Shown: piece after piece, positions 25,030 to 38,712 of the stretch | How the letters are laid out: the number at the start of each line of letters is the position of its first letter | Numbering within the stretch: position 1 is the stretch's first letter | Assembly: GCA_030390025.1 (NCBI GenBank) | Contig: CM059432.1 | Span: forward strand, 1,240,001-1,304,000 | Source of the DNA: Squalus acanthias | Taxonomy: Eukaryota | Reading direction: 5' to 3' | Length of the DNA: 64,000 nucleotides | The notes under the pieces: generated by a model | Told to the model about the DNA's origin: nothing | What the model saw: the letters and a program-made list of their open reading frames with translations, nothing else | The model's database searches: none | Translations under genes and position numbers: made by a program

Positions 25030-27200
25030 GCTTCATTTGTACAGAGCCTTGGTCAGAGATCCCACTGGGAGTACTGCATTCAGTTCTGGGCATTGCACCT
25101 CAGCAAGGTTATATTGGCCTTGGAGGCGGTACAGTGCAGATTCACCAAATTATATTAGGGCTAATGGGCTTAAATTATGAGGACAGGTTGCATAAACTTG
25201 CCACGTATTCCCTGAGGTTAGTAGGTTGAGGGGTGATCTAATTGATGTGCTCTAAATTATAAAAGGATTCAATAGAGCAGATACAGAGAAACTATTTCCT
25301 CAGGTGGGAGAATCCAGAACAAGAGGGCACAGTCTTAAAATGAGAGCTAGGCCATTCCAGAGTGAAATCAGGAAGCACTTTTTCTGGGTCAGTTGAAATT
25401 TTTAAACAATGATCGACAGATTTTCATTAGGTAAAGGTATCCAGGGATATGGATCAAAGGCGGGTAAATTGAGTTGAACTGATCGGCCATGATCTAATTG
25501 AATGTCAGAACAGGCTCGAGGGGCTGAATGGCCTATTCCTGTTCCTGTTTCCCTATCCTTGCTGACCTACCCATTGACTCCTGGCCTCCCAACACCTCAA
25601 ATTTAAAAAATGTATTCTTGTGTTTAAAACCCGTTGTGGCCATTCCCCTTCATACCTCTGTAATCTCTTCCAGTCCTACAAACTCACCGCCCCACCAAGT
25701 TCTCCATTCCTCTGCCTCCAGCCTCCTGTGTATCCTCTCTTTCTTTCACTTCACCATTGGCAACTATGCCTTCAGCTGCTTGGGCCCCACAGTTTGTAAT
25801 TTCCTCTTTAAGCTCTTCCATCTCTCCACCCTCTTTTCTTCCTTTACTACCCTTCTTAAATTCTACCTCTTTGACCAAGCTTTTTGTTATCCTTCCTAAT
25901 CTCTTCTTTGGCTTGGCCTCCATTTTTTTCCTTGTAAAGTGCCGTGGGAACAAGATTTTTCTACATTAAAGACATTATATAAATGCATGTTGTTGTTTGT
26001 GTGTATCCTCTCCTTCCTTTGCTCCACCATTGGCCTCAGTGCCTTCAGCTGCTGAGGCCCCATACTCTGGAATTCCTACCTTAAGCTCCTCGTGCTCGCC
26101 CACCTCCTTTTAATACCCTCCTTAATACTCACCTCTTTAACCAAGGTTTTGGTCATCCCTCCTGCTCCTTCTTTCCACTGGTGTCCATTTATTTCCTATG
26201 CCTTCGCAAGTGTCTTGGGATATTTTTCCATGTTAAGTGCATTATACAAATGTATGCTGTTGTTTGATGTAACAAAAGTCTAGAATCATTCAAATTGAAG
26301 TTAGATGCCATGATGGAGGAAACCATCGTTTTTTTTAATGGAAGGATGAGCTAGATGGACGTGACATGTTCATGCATCATTTATTGTGATCTACCAACTA
26401 ATTTTATGACCAGTAGGATTATTCTTGCTGGCACAATTCAGGCAAGTGGGGGAACATCAGGAAACGCCACGCCTTCCTATATCAATGTTATCCCACTGAT
26501 CAACCCTGAACTTGGCTTAAAACAATGAGCTGAGCTTTAAACTTTACAACCTATCCATCACCACGACTACTTACTTCCACCTCCTATAATGTTACCTGCC
26601 TGTTCCCCTACCTCAGCTCTCCTGCTGCTGAAATCTTTGTGTCATTGTCACCTGATTTCACCACTCTAAAGTTCTCCTTGCTGTCATTCCATTCTCAGCC
26701 ACCATTAACTTGTCCAAAATTCTACCACACATGTCCTGCCCCATACTAAATCCTGCTCATCCATCATCCCTTGCTGACCTACATTGGCTTAATTTCCCCA
26801 ATGGAATTAAGCTAAAAATCTTTGTCCTTGTCTATAATTCTCTTCATGGCTTTGTCCTACCCTTTTTCTGCAGTCTCCTTCAGTCCTATATTCCCTCCCC
26901 CCATGCTCTGTTCCTCTGACTTGGGTGTTTTGGGCATCACCTCTTCCTTCGCTGCATCATTGGTTCCAGAGTCTTCAGCCATCATTGTGCTACTCTCTGA
27001 AACTCCCTCCCTGAACTCTCCACCTTTCCACCTCTCTTGCCACCTTTAAAAGTCTTCTTAAATCCATCTCTTCAACCAAGCTTTTGGTTACTTTTCCAAA
27101 CATCTATGGTGCTGGCTCAGGGTCCATTATTGCGATACATGGAAGTGAAGTGCCTTGGGATGTTCATTACATTAAAGCTGCTACAATGCAAGTTGTTGTT
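25030..27200 (+). mobile_element. Cluster of old CR1 (25030-25550) and L2 (25550-27200) 3' fragments
   Basis: EYCIQFWA..LALEAVQCRFTK (CR1); repeated LADLHWL / AFSCLGP motifs and ATATAAATGCA.GTTGTTG tails (L2). Confidence 0.75.
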
Positions 27201-27619
27201 GTTTTCCGCACCACCCAATTTTCTTTACCTGGTCCATTGCTAATGGGAGTCGCTTTAGCACAGAATGTGCAAGAGCTTTGTTTTATCTGGTAATTTACTG
27301 CAAATTAGATGTCAGTGTGTCTTCATACAATTTCCGGTTCTGAATGCTGGGAATGTGCAATGCACTTAGCCTACCCATACAATAGTGCCACCTTAAAGGC
27401 CAGTAATAGTCTGGCCTTTCAAGAAGCGATACCTTGAAGGTGAACTGCAATATGATTGCTGCAAACTAAATTCAACAAGATGACTATATAGTTGAGGTTT
27501 TTTTTGTATATGAATTAATACGATGAAAGAAGAGATATTGGGAATATTTGCCCTCACCAGACCTGATATAATGATCCCTGCTATTACTCACAGCCAGGTT
27601 TACATATCCAAGTACAACT

Positions 27620-27945
27620 CGGCCACCTGGGACCTTCTGAAGTCTACTGTGAATGCAGGCTCAGATTCATGAGAGAGACCACAATGGAGTGTGCCATCTG
27701 CTGCATCCTCTACCATAGGGACAGCACTGCGATGTCACAATTGCCGTGAGCCTCTATGCCTCTGGGTCTTTTCAGGCTACTGCAGGAAACATTTGCAACA
27801 CCAGTCAGTCGGCAGTGCACCGATGCACCATGCAGATCACTGATGCGTTGTTCACCAGGGCAAAACCCAGTTTCCTGGTTGAACAGCAACAGCAAAATGG
27901 AAGAGCTCTGCAATTCTTTCATTTTACAGGATTTCCCGAAGTCTA
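27620..27945 (+). mobile_element. Harbinger (HARBI1-like) transposase relic
   Basis: SLYASGSFQATAGNICNTSQSAVHRCTMQITDALF...FTGFPEV matches the HTH/pre-DDE region of Harbinger transposases. Confidence 0.75.
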
Positions 27946-27949
27946 GGAG

Positions 27950-28368
27950 GTTACATACGAATGTATGAACAATGATGGACAGGTAAAGACCCTCTGGCCC
28001 ATCGAGCCTGTCCCACACAATTGCAATACCTTGTGTATCACAACATATACACTCCACCCCACCCGAAACCATGTGATCTCCTGGGAGAGGCAAAAAAACC
28101 AGATTAAAAACCCAGGCCAACTTGGGGGAAAAAATCTGGGAAATTCCTCTCCGACCCATCTAGGCGATCAAAACTAGTCCAGGAGATCACTCTGGTCCCG
28201 AATTCCCTGTAGTACCTACCTTCTGTAAGAAGTGATCTCCACCCGAACCAGAAACAGTGCCAGCTCTCGCTTGAAGGAAATCAGCGAATCAACATCCACC
28301 GCACGAGACAGCAGCCTGTTCCAGAGGTCCACTATTCTCTGGGAAAGAACCACCTCCTGACATCTAAT
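27950..28368 (-). mobile_element. CR1 3' end fragment (same subfamily as copy C at 35990)
   Basis: Nearly colinear with 35995-36400 (GACAGGTAAAGACCCTCTGG..CGAGCCTGTCCCACACAATTG). Confidence 0.85.
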
Positions 28369-28384
28369 TATTCATACAATAGCA

Positions 28385-29445
28385 AACTACTGAAGATGCT
28401 GGAAATCTGAAAACAACAGAAAATGCTGGATTCACTCAACAGGTCAGGCAGCATCGTGGAGAGAGAAACAGAGTCAACATTTCAGGTCGATAACCCTTCA
28501 TCAGAACTAGAAAAAGTAGGGGCAAGGAAAGGGAGGAAAGAACAAAGGGAAGGTCTGTGATAGGCTGGAAGGCTGTCGAGATTAAAAGACAAAAAGGGAT
28601 GATGGTGCAAGGCAAAAGGAGATGGCAATGGGACAAATTAAGAAACAAAAGATGACTCTAGGTGAGATGTAAATGGCAATGGCAGAATCATTAACAGCTG
28701 CCATGTGAGAGAAAAAAATATAGGGGCTGAAATTATAGTCTGAAATTGTTGAACTTGATGTTGAGTCCAGAAGACTGTAAAGTGCCTTATCAAAAGATGA
28801 GGTGCTGTTCCTCGAGCTTACGTTGAGCTTCGTTGGAACAGTGTAAGAGGCCGAGGACGGAGCGATCAGAGTGGGAGTGGAGCGGAGAATTAAAGTGACA
28901 GGCAACCGGAAGCTTGGGATCGCGCTTACGGACTGAACGGAGGTGTTCCGCAAAGTGGTCACCCAATCTGCGTTTGGTCTCCCCAATGTAGAGCAGATCA
29001 CATCGTGAGCAGTGAATACAGTATACTAAATTGCAAGAAGTACAAGTAAATCGTTGTTTCACCTGGAAGGAGTGTTTGGGGCCCTGGACAGTGGGAAGGG
29101 AAGAGGTAAAACGGCAGGTGTTGCATCTCCTGCTCTTGCACGGGCAGGTGCCGTGGGAAGGGGAAGGGGTGTTGAGGGTGATGGAGGAGTGGACCAGGGT
29201 GTTGCGGAGGGCGCGGTCCCTTTGGAATGCTGAAAGGGGAGGGGAGGGGAAGATGTGTTTGGTGGTGGGATCACGCTGGAGATGGCGGAGGATGATCCGT
29301 TGAATGTGGAGGCTGGTGGGGTGAAAGGAGAGGACAAGTGGAACCCTATTGTGGTTCTGGAAAGGAGGGGAAGGGGTGAGAGCAGAAGTGCGGGAAATGG
29401 AATAGACACGGTCGAGGGTCATGTCAACCATGGTAGAGGGGAATC
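28385..29445 (-). mobile_element. 5'-truncated Penelope-like element: Cys-rich linker + GIY-YIG endonuclease + 3' pLTR
   Basis: ORF 28790-29430: RVPLVLSFHP...CPCKSRRCNTC...NLVYCIHCSRCDLLYIGETKRRLGDHFAEH...HFN...RKLEEQHLIF. Confidence 0.92.
28472..28508 (-). ncRNA. Minimal hammerhead ribozyme-like motif in Penelope pLTR
   Basis: Minus strand reads AGTT-CTGATGA-A-GGGT-TATCG-ACCT-GAAA-TG-TT-GACT. Confidence 0.6.
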
Positions 29446-29446
29446 G

Positions 29447-32400
29447 AAACATAGAAGATAGGAGCAGGAGTAGGCCATTTGGCCCCTCGAGCCTGATCCG
29501 CCATTTAATGAGATCATGGCTGATCATCCAAATTCAGTACCCTGTCCCTGCTTTCTCCCCATATCCCTTGATCCCTTTAGCCTTAAGAAATATATCTAAC
29601 TCCTTCTTGAATATATTTAATGAATTGGCCTCAACTGCCTTCTGTGGTAAAGAATTCCACAGGTTCACCACTCTCTGGGTGAAGAAATTCCTCCTCATCT
29701 CAGTCCTAAATGGCTTACCCCTTATCCTTAGACTGTGACCCCTGGTTCTGGACTCCCCCGCCATCGGGAACATCCTTCCTGCATCTAGTCTGTCTGGTCC
29801 TGTTAGAATTTTATAAGTTTCAATGAGATCCCCTCTCATTCTTCTAAACTCTAGCGAATACAAGCCCAATCGTCCCAATCTCTCTTCATACCTCATTCCT
29901 GCCATCCCAGGTATCAGTCTGGTGAATCTTCGCTGCACTCCCTCCATGGCAAGAACATCCTTCCTCAGATAAGGCAACCAAAACTGCACACAATATTCAA
30001 GGTGTGGTCTCACCAAGGCCCTGTACAACTGCCGCAAGACATCCTTGCTCCTGTACTCGAATCCTCTCGCTATGAAGGCCAACATACCATTTGCCTTCTT
30101 AACTGCCTGCTGCACCTGCATGCTTACCTTCAGCGACTGGTGCACAAGGACTCCCAGGTCTCGTTGCACTTCCCCTTTTCCCAATCTATTGCTGTTCAGA
30201 TAATAATCTGCCTTCCTGTTTTTGCCACCAAAGTGGATAACCTCGCATTTATCCACATTATACTGCATCTGCCCAATCACCCAACCTGTCCAAATCATAC
30301 TGGAGTTTCTCTGCATCCTCCTCACGACACACACGCCCACCCAGCTTTGTGTCATCTGCAAACTTGGAGATATTACATCTAGCTCCCTCGTCTAGATCAT
30401 TAATATATATTGTGAATAACTGGGATCCTAGCACCGATCCCTGCGGTACCCCACTAGTCACTGCCTTCCACTTGGAAAAAGACCCGTTTATTCCAACTCT
30501 TTGCTTCCTGTCTGCCAACCAGTTCTCTATCCAAGTCAGTACCTTACCCCCAATCCCATGTGCTTTAACTTTGCACGCTAATCTCTTTTGCGGGACCTTA
30601 TCGAAAGCCTTTTGAAAGTCCAAATACACCACATCCACTGGTTCTCCCTTATCTATTCTACCAGTTACATCCTCAAAAAATTCCAGTAGATTAGTCAAGC
30701 ATGATTTACCTTTTGTAAATCCATGTTGACTTTGTCCGATCCTGTCACTGTTTTCCAAGTGCTCTGCTATTACATCTTTTATAATGGACTCTAGCATTTT
30801 CCCCACTACCGATGTCAGGCTTACCGGTCTATAATTCCCCATTTTCTCTCTCCCACCTTTTTTAAATAGTGGGGTTACATTAGCTACCCTCCAATCCATG
30901 GGAACTGTTCCAGAGTCTATAGAATTTTAGAAGATGACCAGCAATGCATCTACTATTTCTAGGACCACTTCCTTAAGTACCCTAGGATGTAGATTATCAG
31001 GCCCTGGGGATTTATTGGCCTTCAATCCCATCAATTTCCCTAACACCATTTCCCTACAAATACTGATTTCATTCAGTTCCTCCCTCTCATTGGACCCTAT
31101 GTTCCCCGACATCTCTGGGAGGTTATTTGTGTCCTCCTTTGTGAAGACAGAACCAAAGTATGTATTTAATTGGTCTGCCATTTCTTTGTTCCCCATTATA
31201 AATTCCCCTGATTCTGACTGCAAGGGACCTACGCTTGACTTCACCAATCTTTTTCTCTTCACATATCTATAGAAGCTTTTACAGTCAGTTTTTATGTTAC
31301 CTGCAAGCTTACTCTCATAGTCTATTTTCCCCCTCTTAATTAATCCCTTTGTCCTCCTTTGCTGAATCCTAAACTGCTCCCAATCCTCAGGCTTGCTGCT
31401 TTTTCTGGCCAATTTATATGTCCTCTCCTTGGATCTTATGCTATCCCTAATTTCCCTTGTTAGCCACGGTTGAGTCACCTTTTTTGTTTTATTTTTATGC
31501 CAAACAGGGATGAACAAATTCTGTAGTTCATCCATTGAATCTTTAAATGTTTGCCATTGCCTATCCACCGTCAACCCTTTAAGTAACATTCCCCAATCCA
31601 TCCTAGTCAACTCGCGCCTCATACCATCGTAGTTTGCTTTATTTAAATTCAGGACCCTAGTCTCTGAGTCAACTACTTCACTCTCCATCTTAATGAAGAA
31701 TTCTATCATATTATGATCGCTCCTCCCCAAGGGGCCTCGCACAACAAGATTGCTAATTAATCCTTTCTCATTACATAATACGCAGACTAAGATGGCCTGA
31801 TATCTAATTGGTTCCTCGACATAATTGGTCCAGGAAACCATCCCGTATACACTCTAGGAATTCCTCCTCCACAGTATTGTTACTAATTTGGTTAGCCCAA
31901 TCTATATGTAGATTAAAGTCACCCATGATAACTGCTGTGCCCTTATTGCACGCATCTCTAATTTCCCGTTTAATGCCATCCCCAACCTCAGCATTACTGT
32001 TTGGGGGTCTGTATACAACTGCCACTAACGTTTTCTGCCCCTTGGTATTTCTCAGCTCTACCCATACAGATTCCACATCATCAGAGCTAATATCTTTCCT
32101 TACTATTGTGTTAATCTCCTCTTTAACCAGCAATGCTACCCCACCTCCTTTTCCTTTTTGCCTGTCTTTCCTGAATATTGAATACCCCTGGATGTTGAAT
32201 TCCCAGCCTTGGTCATCCTGGAGCCATGTCTTCGTAATCCCAATTATATCATATCCGTTTACATCTATTTGCGCAGCTAATTCATCCACCTTATTACGAA
32301 TGCTCCTCGCATTAAGACACAAAGCCTTCAAGCTTGTTTTTTTAACACTCTTAGACCTTTTAGAATTATTAATTACTGTGGCCATGTTTGATTTACACCC

Positions 32401-32855
32401 TTGATTTCTCTGCCTTCCACTTTTGCTTTTCTCCTTCCTGTCTTTTGCTTCTATCCTTGCTTCCCTTTCCTCTGTCTCCCTGCACAGGTTCCCAACCCCC
32501 TGCCATTTTAGTTTAAACCCTCCCCAACAGCACTAGCAAACACTCCCCCTAGGACATCGGTCCCGGTCCCGCCCAGGTGCAAACCGTCCAGTTTGTACTG
32601 GTCCCACCTCCCCCAGAACCGGTTCCAATGTCCCAGGAATTTGAATCCCTCCCCCTTGCACCATTCCTCTAGCCCCGTATTCATCTGAAATATCCTTCTA
32701 TTTCTACTCTGACTAGCACGTGGCACTGGTAGCAATCCTCTTATTAATACCTTTGAGGCCCTATTTTTTAATTTACCTCCTAACTCCCTATATTCAGCTT
32801 TTAGGACCTCATCCTGGTTTTTACCTATATCGTTGGTACCTATATGCACCAATAT
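29447..32855 (-). mobile_element. CR1 LINE (copy B), truncated within the ORF1 esterase; ORF2 APE+RT nearly intact
   Basis: ORF1 end VHIGTND...DGLHL...GEGLN* (32508-32861); ORF2 pieces 31804-32385, 30927-31841, 30258-30899 and 29534-30361. Confidence 0.95.
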
Positions 32856-33179
32856 GGTCAAAAATGTCCTGTTTTTAATGGTATAATTTACTACTGCAAT
32901 TAGTTAAATTTTGGAGGTTGATATAGCACTGATATTGCTGTTGAAAAATTTTGCTAAAGAACTTTGAGTGTCTGCATTGGTGACGTAGGTACATGTAAAT
33001 TCACCAGCAAGAACCCTGAACCCCATCAAATAACAGTCTCAGGTTTCTATAGCCTGACCAATGAATGTGATAGGGTTATAGTCTGCTCCTCTTAATTAAA
33101 ATGATCAAATAATCAAATTTTTTTAGCCTAAATTCTAACTTTGCTCTGAAATCTATGATGCTTAATTCAAATTATTGGA

Positions 33180-33442
33180 TTGTTCTGCTGCCCGTATCCT
33201 AACTCACACCAAGTTCCATTCACCCATCACCCCTGTGCTCGCTGATTTACTTTGGCTCCCAGTCTGGCAACGCCCCGATTTTAAAATTCTCTTCCTGGTT
33301 TTCAAGTCCCTCCACGGCCTCACCCCTCCCTATCTCTGTAACCTCCTCCAGCCCTACAACCCTCCTTCAATCCTGGTGTCAAATTTTGTTTGATAACGAT
33401 CCTGTGAAGAGCCTTGATGCTATATAAATGCAAGTTGTTGTT
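33180..33442 (+). mobile_element. L2 3' fragment
   Basis: SAARILT..SPITPVLADLLWLPV; tail GCTATATAAATGCAAGTTGTTGTT. Confidence 0.8.
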
Positions 33443-33847
33443 CAATTTTTACTGCAAAAAAAAAACTTCAAACTATCAGGAGTAGACTGCGTAGTGGACC
33501 AGCGTTACCTTTAAGCTGCGCTGCCGCACGCGCTCCAAGGGACGCACGCAGCCGGCTTTTTAATACAAAAACCAGTTTGTTTTGCGTGGTATTTTGAATG
33601 GCCCGCGCGGTGCCAAAAAAAATTAGAGGGAATATTGTGGTGGACTAGTATGGATATTCTTTTTGGGAAGAGCAGGAAGATCTGCTCTACCCTGTTGTAC
33701 CTTAGTTTCTAATATGTTTAGTATCTCTTGTAGAGATCAGTACTACAATGCTGCTTGAATGTTTAGAAATTAGGTTATTTTCACTTGCATTGCATTTACA
33801 TATATTTTTCTTTCTCTCTAATTCAGATATAACAGGAATTTAGCAAG

Positions 33848-33992
33848 ATGCCTTCTCACGGTAAACTTGTGGTGCCTGATGGTTTGAAGTCTCTGCTAGA
33901 GGCATTGGGCAGAGCTGTTGTGCAAGACCAGCCTGATAACATACACCATTTTGCCTCATCATATTTCACGGAGTTGCTGCATTTTCGAGATG
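33848..33992 (+). CDS. CABYR: First coding exon of a CABYR-like gene: PKA RIIa-type dimerization/docking (D/D) domain
   Basis: MPSHGKLVVPDGLKSLLEALGRAVVQDQPDNIHHFASSYFTELLHFRD resembles the N-terminus of CABYR (RLVVPYGLKTLLEGISRAV..P.NI.QFAAAYFQEL, from memory). Polypyrimidine+CAG acceptor at 33825-26, AAGATG start, G|GTTTGT donor, 145 coding nt, phase 1. SPA17/ROPN1 paralogs are a less likely alternative. Confidence 0.82.
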
Positions 33993-34102
33993 GTTTGTGT
34001 TCTGCCTTCATTTATTTCTTTGTTGAGTGTTTCAAATATAATCGAATCCCATTTTTTTTGTAAAATACAGCTCAGCTTATTATACTTCCATCTGTTCTAC
34101 AG

Positions 34103-34156
34103 GGAATCCAGCTCTTGATATATGTGATCTAGTGAAAATGTTCCATTTGAGCAGAG
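34103..34156 (+). CDS. CABYR: Second coding exon (54 nt, phase 1-1) of the CABYR-like gene
   Basis: TTCTACAG acceptor and GAG|GTAAGA donor. It translates in frame as GNPALDICDLVKMFHLSR, similar to CABYR GNTTMDIKDLVKQFHQIK (from memory). Confidence 0.85.
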
Positions 34157-37100
34157 GTAAGAACAACCAAATAATTTACTGAATAGGGAATAATCTGCTT
34201 AACTATTTTTCTAGCTGCATTGATTAATACTTATTATAGATTAAGATTGTGCTTTAGTGTTCTTTGTTTTCCTCCACTAAACTATTTATTTGCATTTACA
34301 TTTGATAAAACAATTAAATTGCATCTACAATTTAATGATTAATATATCATGAAACTGCTGGACAAAGAATTTATCTACTTTCAAACCAGTGAGGCAGATA
34401 CATGGATATGCACTTGAAGTGCCGTAACCTACAGGACTACGAACCAAGAGCTGGAAGGTGGGATTAGGCTAGATAGCTCTTTCGGCCGGCACAGACACAA
34501 TGGGCCAAATGGCCTCTTTCTGTGCCGTAAATTTCTATGATTCTATGATTCATGGCAGCAGGAAGAGGAAATCAGAGATGGATAGATCAAGTTTGGAAAT
34601 GGTCAGTTTTGTTTGGATACCTTAGTAATTGATGATATCGAATAATTGGCACTCGTTATATACAAATCATCTTACTCTAATGAAATTCTAGATGAACTAG
34701 TTTGGGCATCACATGGCCTAGGTGTTTGGCAAATAGCTTTTTTTGATTCTTTTTGGTTTCCAGACAGGGTACTGAGGTAAGGTTAATAATGGGGAGAAGA
34801 CATTAAAATTCTTGCGTTTTCCTCTTTTTTTCACACCTATTTCCCTTGGTCACAATTTAGTGACACTTCTTTAATATTGGTAATGCCTAGAGATATTGTC
34901 TGCTTTGAATAAGGAATACTAACGGCTACTATTCAGCCCACTCTTTCATTTTTCTTCTCCCTGCCCACTGACCTGCCCCTATTTGACCCGGCTTCACTTT
35001 TATATTAATTGTTTTTGGTCCTCCAACTGTTGCTCACTCTCTGACCCATTCCTGAGCCCTACAATTGTTGCTCAGCGCCCTTTGCCTTTTTAATAGCGTT
35101 ATAAAGCTTTAAAGGAAAAAATACCTCCTTGTCCACTAAAGCTATTACACAGTAAGGGCTTAAGGAAACAAAATTGTCAGGATCAGCCCGGTGAGGGTGA
35201 TAGTTGGCATAGGGCAGTTAGGCAGAGGAGGGGTTGGTAGTTTAGAGCCTTTTGGCGTCAGCCTAGTGGATGATTGGGGACTTGGACAAATATATGGAAT
35301 AGAGTAATTGACAAATGGGGGCTAGGCATAGAGCGCTAAAATGGAGATGATGCATAAATGGATGGGGTCAGTCTGTTGGGGTAGTTGGAAGCGATGTGAA
35401 GCAATTGTCAACAAGTGTGCACCAAAGAGTAGCAGAGTGGACAGCTGTAGCCAGATCTCTCATCCCCTTCCCACAACACAAAACCTGCCTCAAGCCCTGG
35501 TGAGATCCCTTATCTGACCCACAATTCAAAATCTGAAACTGTGCTACAAACGTGTAGTTTTGGAAATGCAATTTGACCAATTGGGTTAATTCAAAGCAGC
35601 TGTTTGCTGATCAACTCTACTGTACTGGAGTTAGTACCAGTGTACAGTAGAAACAATGTAGTACTTTTTTTGAGATGGAGAGGCAAAGCTGAGAATGTTA
35701 AACTTGTTTAGAACCTTGGTTAGCCCACACTTGGAGTACTGTGAACAGTTCTTGTCTCCATATTCTAAAAAGGATCTAGAGGCACTGGAGGAGGTGCAAA
35801 AAAGATTTACAAGGATGATAGTGGAACTGAGAGGTTACACCTATCAGGAAAGATTGAACAGGCTTGGGGCTCTTTTCTCTAGAAAAGTGAAGGTTGAGGG
35901 GTGACCTAATAGAGGTCTTTAAAATTGTGAAGGGGTTTGATAGGGTAGACATAGAGAAGATGTTTCCACTTGTGGGGGAGTCCAAAACATAAGATCATAC
36001 AAACAATGACAGACAGGTAAAGACCCTCTGGTCCCTCGAGCCTGTCCCACACAATTGCGATATCTTGTGTATCACAACATACACTCTCCACCCTACCCGA
36101 AACCATGTGATCTCCTGGGAAAGGCAAAAAAAAAGATTAAAAACCCAGGCCAATTTAGGGGAAAAAATCTGGGAAATTCCTCTCCGACCCATCTAGGCGA
36201 TCGAAACTAGTCCAGGAGATCACTCTGGCCCTGAATTCCCTGCAGTACCTACCTTCTGTAAGAGGTGATCTCCGCCCCAACCAGAAACAGGGCTAGCTCT
36301 CGCTTGAAGAAATTCCACGAATCAGCATCCACCGCACGAGAAGGCAGCCTGTTCCAGAGGTCCACTATTCTCTGGGAAAAGACCCACCTCCTGACATTTA
36401 ACCTGGATCTAGCCTTATACAATTTAAATTTGTCACCCCGGTCCTCCCTAACCTATTTAATTGAAACAAACTGTCAACTGGAACACAATCTATTCCCTTC
36501 ATTATCTTATAAACCTCAATCAGATCCCCTCTAAATCTACGCTTCTCTGAAGTGTAGACTCCCAACTCTTTTAGCCTATCTTGATAACTAAGATGCTTTA
36601 GACTGGGAATTAGTCGAGTGGCCCTCCTCTGCACCCTCTCCCAAAGCCTCAATATCACCCACCATGTGAGGAGACCAAAGCTGGTCACAGTATTCCAAGT
36701 GCGGCCTGACTAAGGTCTTGTACAAGGACGAAGTAGTATGCCTCATCTTATACTCAATTGTCCTATGGACACAACCCAACACCCTATTTGCTCTAGCTAT
36801 CACTTCACGGCATTGCTCATGTACCTTTTTAAGGATGTATGTACTAGAATGCCTAAATCTCTTTCTAGCTCCACCTTCTTTAATGTTTTTCCCTGAAGGG
36901 TGTATGAATGTTGAGCATTTGCCCTGACCACATGCATAACACTGCACTTGTCTAAGTTATACATCATTTTCCAGTCATGAGCCCAATCTCCTAACACATT
37001 AAGATCTGCCTAAAGTAGACGAGCATCATCTACAGTCCTAATACTCACACAGATCTTGGCATCATCTGCAAATTTGCAGGTCGTGCCCCCATCACCTACA

Positions 37101-37968
37101 TCCAGATCATTAATAAAAATAGAAAAGAGCAACGGTCCCAACACCAATCCCTGTGGGACACCACTGGTGACCGGTCTCCAAACAGATCCAAATCCATCTA
37201 TAACTACCTTCTGCCTACGTCCTGCCAGCCACTTCTCAATCCAGCTCAATATATTATCACTAATACCAGAGGCTTTGATCTTGTAGAGAAGCCTCTTGTG
37301 CTGTACCTTATCAAAAGCTTTTTGGAAGTCTAAGTAGACAATGTCTACTGGGCTTCCCTCATCTACCAACTTTGTAACTTCTTCAAAAAATACAGTTAGA
37401 TTTGTAAGACATGACCTCCTTTTTATGAAGCCATGTTGGGTGTCCCTAATATGTCCCGCTCTATCCAAGCATTCATATATTGCATCCCAAATGATTCCCT
37501 CAAGCATCTTATCTATTACTGATGTTAAACTAATGAGCCTATAGTTACCCGGGTCTGTCTTGTCACCTTTTTTAAAGATGGAGACTACTTCCAGTCTATA
37601 GGAACCATTCCAGAGTGCAGTGAGCTATTAAAAATACAGGTTAGGAGCTCGCACAGCATCTGTCCCATCTCCCTGAGGACCCTCGGGTGGATATCATCTG
37701 GCCCGGCTGCTCTATCTATTTTCAAGTTCTTAATTCTTTCTAAAACAATATGTTCATCTTTGTAAATATTACTAGTTTTGTTAGTAACATTATTAAATTC
37801 TAATAGTTGAGCATCTTCAAGGGTGAAAACCGATGCAAAGTACTCATTTAATATTTCTGCCAAACCCAGTGAGTCCTTTGTAACCTGTCCTTGAACATTC
37901 TTCATTGGCCCAATGCAGTCTTTGACAGTTCTCTGACTCTTCACATAACTGAAAAAGCTTTTCCCAAT

Positions 37969-38712
37969 GGCCCAGAAATTGATCTCGCTCTGTTCCCGCG
38001 GGGGTAAGCCTTCCCCGCGATCTCTCACCTCGCTTGTGCTTTTTCAGATCCAGCTCGCACGAACTTGATGTTCCAGACATCAGCTGTGCTGGGCTTGCGT
38101 ATCCCAGCGGCGTAGTGAATTCGTGCGAGCTGTGGGATCACGTGACTCAGTTAGAGCCAATGGCAGCACACCATCTTCCATTCATAAGTTTCACAGACCT
38201 GCTGTGAAATCTATGAATCTTACACCCCCCCAAAATAACAGCTAAACCTCAATTAAATTTAAAAAAAAACCCATCACATTAATAAAATAAGTATAGTTAA
38301 TTAAATTAACCATTTTAAATAAAAAATTAAATTTTTGAAAAAATTTAAAATCTTTTAAAAAGTTATAAAAATAAACTTACCTGTCTTTAAAGTCTCTAAA
38401 AAAGATATACCTGTAAAAAAAAATTCAAAAAAATACTTAATTCACTACTTACCTTCTTAAAAGCGGGTCTTACTCCTCCTTTTTACATTTCCAAAATCTT
38501 CCCTACTTACCTGCGTGTCCAAAGCATGAAGTGCACAGCGTGCGCGCAGCCTGTAGCGCGCACGCGATGCACCCAGGACCCGCCCCCTTTTCAGAAGAGC
38601 AATTGCCGGTTTTCAGCGCATGCGCAGGGCATGCAGAAAACCGGCAATTGGAGTGGGAATACGCGAGAGTACGCAGTGCGTACTCTCGCATCCCGGGATC
38701 AATTTTCGGCCC
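37969..38712. mobile_element. MITE with Harbinger-like termini inserted in CR1 copy C
   Basis: TIRs GGCCCAGAAATTGATC ... GATCAATTTTCGGCCC, flanked by AAT / ATT; CR1 ORF2 continues on both sides. Confidence 0.75.

Noticed and set aside
33993..34063. C-terminal extension of the 71-aa ORF 33848-34063
   Set aside because: Similarity to the D/D family stops at the G|GTTTGT donor. The extension is T-rich intron, and homology resumes in the 34103 exon.
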